Positions 1-1,956 of a stretch of DNA of 1,956 bases are shown in pieces. The notes below the pieces were generated by a model. It saw nothing but the letters and a program-made list of their open reading frames with translations, was not told the origin of the DNA and made no database searches. The stretch's first letter is position 1, and every line of letters starts with the position of its first letter. The stretch comes from Escherichia coli (lineage in GTDB: Bacteria > Pseudomonadota > Gammaproteobacteria > Enterobacterales > Enterobacteriaceae), in assembly GCF_003334765.1 (NCBI RefSeq), contig NZ_QOWT01000076.1; one strand, written 5' to 3'. The position numbers and the translations under genes were made by a program.

Positions 1-533
1 TTCTGGCAACCCATCGCATCAGTTGTGATGATTTTTCCTTTAATATCCAGCATGTTAAGAAGTTCAGGGATAGCTGTGATCTCATTGGATTTCTTATCCG
101 TCTTGATCTGCCCGATGACCAGACTGTGCATTGTTGAGAACGCACTAATGACATGAATCGCTCCCCTGCGGCGACTCTTGTCATAAGAGTGCCGGAGCGT
201 TTTTCCATCAATTGCAATGACGTCTTTATCATTTGATGAATGGCAATCACGCATCCAGTTAATAAAGCACTCGTGAAATTTTGCAGGACTGATACAGGAT
301 ACAACTCTGGCAATAGTATCGTGAACAGGAATACCATTTTCAAAATCACCATATTGCTTCAAGAAATCGAGATGTGTTTCCCCGAAATCCTCTATATCTT
401 CCCAACTTTCTGCACCAGAAATAACGGCAAAAATAGTCAATAGTAGGATGCCTGACAATTTATGCTCTACTTTCCAGGCTTATCTGTAATCGGGAATAAT
501 AGAAATATGTTCCATCAATTTTTTAAGTTCCAT
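1..533 (-). pseudogene. ISAs1-family (H-repeat-associated type) transposase, N-terminal ~177 codons, 3'-partial (runs off the window start); interrupted by an in-frame TAA at codon 18
   Basis: Hand translation of the minus strand from the ATG at 531-533 gives MELKKLMEHISIIPDYR, then TAA (plus 480-482), then in the same frame [159 protein letters not shown], open to position 3. The pattern IxDxR...K.EHxLxxILLL..xAVISGA.xWxxIExFG ... GIPxHDTxxRV is the DDE_Tnp_1-associated N-terminal domain of ISAs1-family transposases. No minus-strand stop occurs in this frame between 479 and 1. Confidence 0.85.
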
Positions 534-538
534 TTGTT

Positions 539-544
539 CACCTT
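539..544 (-). promoter_or_regulatory. Ribosome-binding site for the transposase gene
   Basis: Minus-strand AAGGTG (plus-strand cacctt at 539-544), 5 nt upstream of the ATG at 533. Confidence 0.5.
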
Positions 545-758
545 ATTTATGTAAGGAGTATTTGATCATGTATAAGCTATGAAAAACAGCTTTAGGTAAT
601 AAGGAATATCTCAATTTTTAAACATAAAATGCGAATTATTTAGTACAAAAAAGTAGCGTTACGTGATCTTTCCCTGCAAATGGAACGCAAAATAAACACC
701 TATTCCATGAGTTATATAATTTTTCACAATGATTAATTTGTTTTCTCAGGAAGAGATT

Positions 759-1328
759 TTATTTCTCTTCACTACGAATTAGTTCATGCTGTATCTTTAT
801 TAAACATTCGTAAGACTCATTTTTGTTCGGGAGATGTGCTGTCATTCGAGCATAAGTTGGTTTCTCATCTTTAAAATATTTTACCATGATTGAATTATCA
901 AGGACTGCCAACAACTGAACTGGATCACTGCTCTTTTTTTGATAGATACCCGCTCTTATATAACTTCTAAACCGATCGCCGAGAAACGCCGTTTTTTCTG
1001 CTGTATTTATCAACTCCTGCAACGTTCCTTTGATGGCATGATTTTCATTAAGGCGTAGTGACCCGACGCGAATTAAGAGTCTCGCCCCGCTTGGTGTGAA
1101 TTTATTATTTTTACATGTACCCAGTTCTGTTTGCCAATAATACTCACCGATGTCCTCATTCTGATACCATCTCCACATGGCTTTATTATTTAAGACAGGA
1201 AACGCGGAAAAAATAGTACCCTTAGCGAAAATAGTAAAACAATCATGATCTTTAGCTTGTATTTCGCAATCAGCTATAACACCAAAACTAACAAATATCA
1301 TCAGCAAAAAGAACAAAACTCTTTTCAT
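759..1328 (-). CDS. Putative cognate immunity protein for the Rhs CT toxin; Sec-exported periplasmic protein (189 aa precursor)
   Basis: Track ORF 759..1328 (-). Its ATG (1326-1328) overlaps the toxin TGA (1325-1327) as ATGA. N-terminus [19 protein letters not shown]|DCEIQ has a basic n-region, a hydrophobic h-region and a V-I-A signal peptidase I site. An SD-like AGAGGAA lies 6 nt upstream. The gene is AT-rich (hand-sampled stretches about 28-43% GC). Position immediately 3' of a polymorphic toxin CT is the canonical immunity position. Confidence 0.75.
1272..1328 (-). other. Predicted Sec signal peptide of the immunity protein (19 aa, cleavage after VIA)
   Basis: [19 protein letters not shown] followed by DCEIQ. 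There is no lipobox: the residue before Cys is Asp, not G/A/S, so signal peptidase II processing is unlikely. Confidence 0.65.
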
Positions 1329-1956
1329 TTTCTTATTCCTCTCGATGTTCTCTGTTTCATCTTAGCTAAAATTTCACCCAAATCATCTATCCCTGCTGTT
1401 GCTGGCCCATCGGGTTTATTAATGTCTGGGAATAAATAGGGTTCTGCACAAGTATATCCTGGTGGTAATTGAGTTGTTGGCCAATTTGTCTGTGGCAGGT
1501 AATCACTTGCTGTCTTTGTATCCATCCCTGGATACTGGGAATCATCCTGTGGCGTACAAGTCAGATTTGGTTTTACCCACTTCCTGCAATACAGTGTGTA
1601 GTCGTAAGGGCTTAATGCTCTGAAGAATGTTTTGAAAACATTAGGCGCACTACTGGCCTGGTCAATAGGATATGGCAGTCTTAATTGTTTCGCTATGTCC
1701 GGCAATTTACTTGGATCGGGCGTAGGCGGTTTGTTGGGTCTCGCTCCATATCCGCCATTATTTAAGTGTCCATATTTTGATGCCAGTCCCATTGAATCTA
1801 TATACTGAACCGGATTCAGCGGATACTGATAAAAATTCCATCCCCCCTTCAGCCCAATCGGATCCTGAGTGATATACCTCCCCTGCAGCGGGTCATAATA
1901 GCGGTGGCGGTTGTAATACAGGCCGGACTCCTCATCATACTGCTGCCCCGGCAGGC
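1325..1956 (-). CDS. Rhs family (YD-repeat) protein, C-terminal fragment: end of the conserved core plus variable CT toxin domain; 5'-partial, continues beyond the window end
   Basis: The minus-strand frame of the 155-aa track ORF stays open from its Met (1790-1792) up to position 1954 with no stop. Hand translation of 1793-1954 gives [54 protein letters not shown], followed by [14 protein letters not shown]... This matches the hallmark end of the Rhs repeat-associated core ([12 protein letters not shown]...QDPIGL.GG.N.YQY..NP....D..GL). The Met at 1792 is therefore internal, not the true start. Stop TGA at 1325-1327. Confidence 0.9.
1328..1783 (-). other. Variable Rhs C-terminal toxin domain (152 aa) of unknown activity
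   Basis: Sequence after the GL junction: [152 protein letters not shown]. It sits exactly where Rhs CT toxins sit and is followed by a coupled small ORF. I see no HExxH, HxxxH or other canonical nuclease/peptidase motif, and the single His precedes all three Cys. Confidence 0.7.
1335..1341 (-). promoter_or_regulatory. Ribosome-binding site for the immunity gene
   Basis: Minus-strand AGAGGAA (plus-strand ttcctct at 1335-1341), 6 nt upstream of the ATG at 1328, located inside the 3' end of the toxin coding sequence. Confidence 0.5.
1784..1813 (-). other. Rhs core/CT junction motif (PxxxxDPxGL-type; here [10 protein letters not shown]), the predicted autoproteolytic demarcation site
   Basis: Ten codons, P(1811-1813) V Q Y I D S M G L(1784-1786), with the same spacing as the PxxxxDPxGL motif that ends Rhs cores, except that Ser replaces the Pro after Asp. 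Confidence 0.75.
1814..1956 (-). other. Conserved Rhs core terminal region (partial), relatively GC-rich
   Basis: Encodes ...[43 protein letters not shown]. Hand-counted GC for 1793-1956 is about 52% (86/164), clearly higher than the downstream CT and immunity sequence. Confidence 0.85.

Larger units (their letters stand above)
1..544 (-). mobile_element. ISAs1-family insertion sequence (H-repeat-like), partial; minimum extent shown, true upstream end lies somewhere in 534-758
   Basis: Contains the transposase pseudogene and its RBS. The inverted-repeat terminus cannot be defined because the other IS end is outside the window. H-repeat IS elements are a known accessory component of enterobacterial Rhs elements. 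Confidence 0.6.

Noticed and set aside
240-443. Plus-strand 67-aa ORF from the supplied track
   Set aside because: It lies entirely antisense to the conserved transposase reading frame, has no recognisable RBS and no recognisable protein features. Most likely a chance antisense ORF.
553-582. Strong plus-strand Shine-Dalgarno (AAGGAG) followed by a 4-codon mini-ORF (ATG TAT AAG CTA TGA)
   Set aside because: Too short to call as a gene. It sits in the region complementary to the transposase 5' leader, and the SD match is likely coincidental in AT-rich sequence. A regulatory leader peptide cannot be excluded, but nothing supports it.
750-770. Inverted repeat gaagaga / tctcttc with a 7-nt loop overlapping the immunity stop codon, a possible terminator
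   Set aside because: The stem is AT-rich and weak, and no U-tract follows it on either strand, so it does not resemble a rho-independent terminator.
1269-1328. Possible lipoprotein signal (lipobox) in the immunity protein
   Set aside because: The only early Cys is in the context V-I-A-D-C. Asp at position -1 violates the [LVI][ASTVI][GAS]C lipobox, so signal peptidase I cleavage after VIA is the better reading.
1245-1439. Plus-strand 64-aa ORF from the supplied track
   Set aside because: It is antisense to the toxin/immunity junction, which is explained by the two coupled minus-strand genes. The product is low-complexity with no supporting signals.
1325-1956. Assigning the Rhs protein to a specific delivery system (T6SS effector versus contact-dependent or other) or to a named rhs gene
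   Set aside because: The PAAR/VgrG/N-terminal region that would discriminate is outside the window, so only the family-level call is supportable.
1-1956. tRNA, rRNA or CRISPR features
   Set aside because: No direct-repeat/spacer periodicity and no tRNA-like cloverleaf segments were seen. The sequence is fully accounted for by three minus-strand genes and one AT-rich spacer.

Overview
This window is the 3' end of an Rhs (YD-repeat) polymorphic-toxin locus, with everything encoded on the minus strand. Reading in the direction of transcription (high to low coordinates): (1) the last ~55 codons of a conserved Rhs core, running in from beyond the window end and finishing in a PxxxxDPxGL-type junction motif (here [10 protein letters not shown]); (2) a 152-aa variable C-terminal (CT) domain with no catalytic motif I can recognise, the presumed toxin; (3) a 189-aa ORF whose start overlaps the toxin stop in an ATGA arrangement and which has a classic Sec signal peptide, the presumed cognate immunity protein, implying a periplasm-acting toxin; (4) a ~225-bp AT-rich spacer; (5) the 5' part of an ISAs1-family (H-repeat-type) transposase gene that runs off the window start and is interrupted by an in-frame TAA at codon 18. 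The two plus-strand ORFs in the supplied track are antisense to these genes and look spurious. The candidate novel element is the CT toxin/secreted-immunity pair. All translations outside the supplied ORF track were done by hand and no database search was possible, so family assignments rest on recognised motifs and need confirmation.
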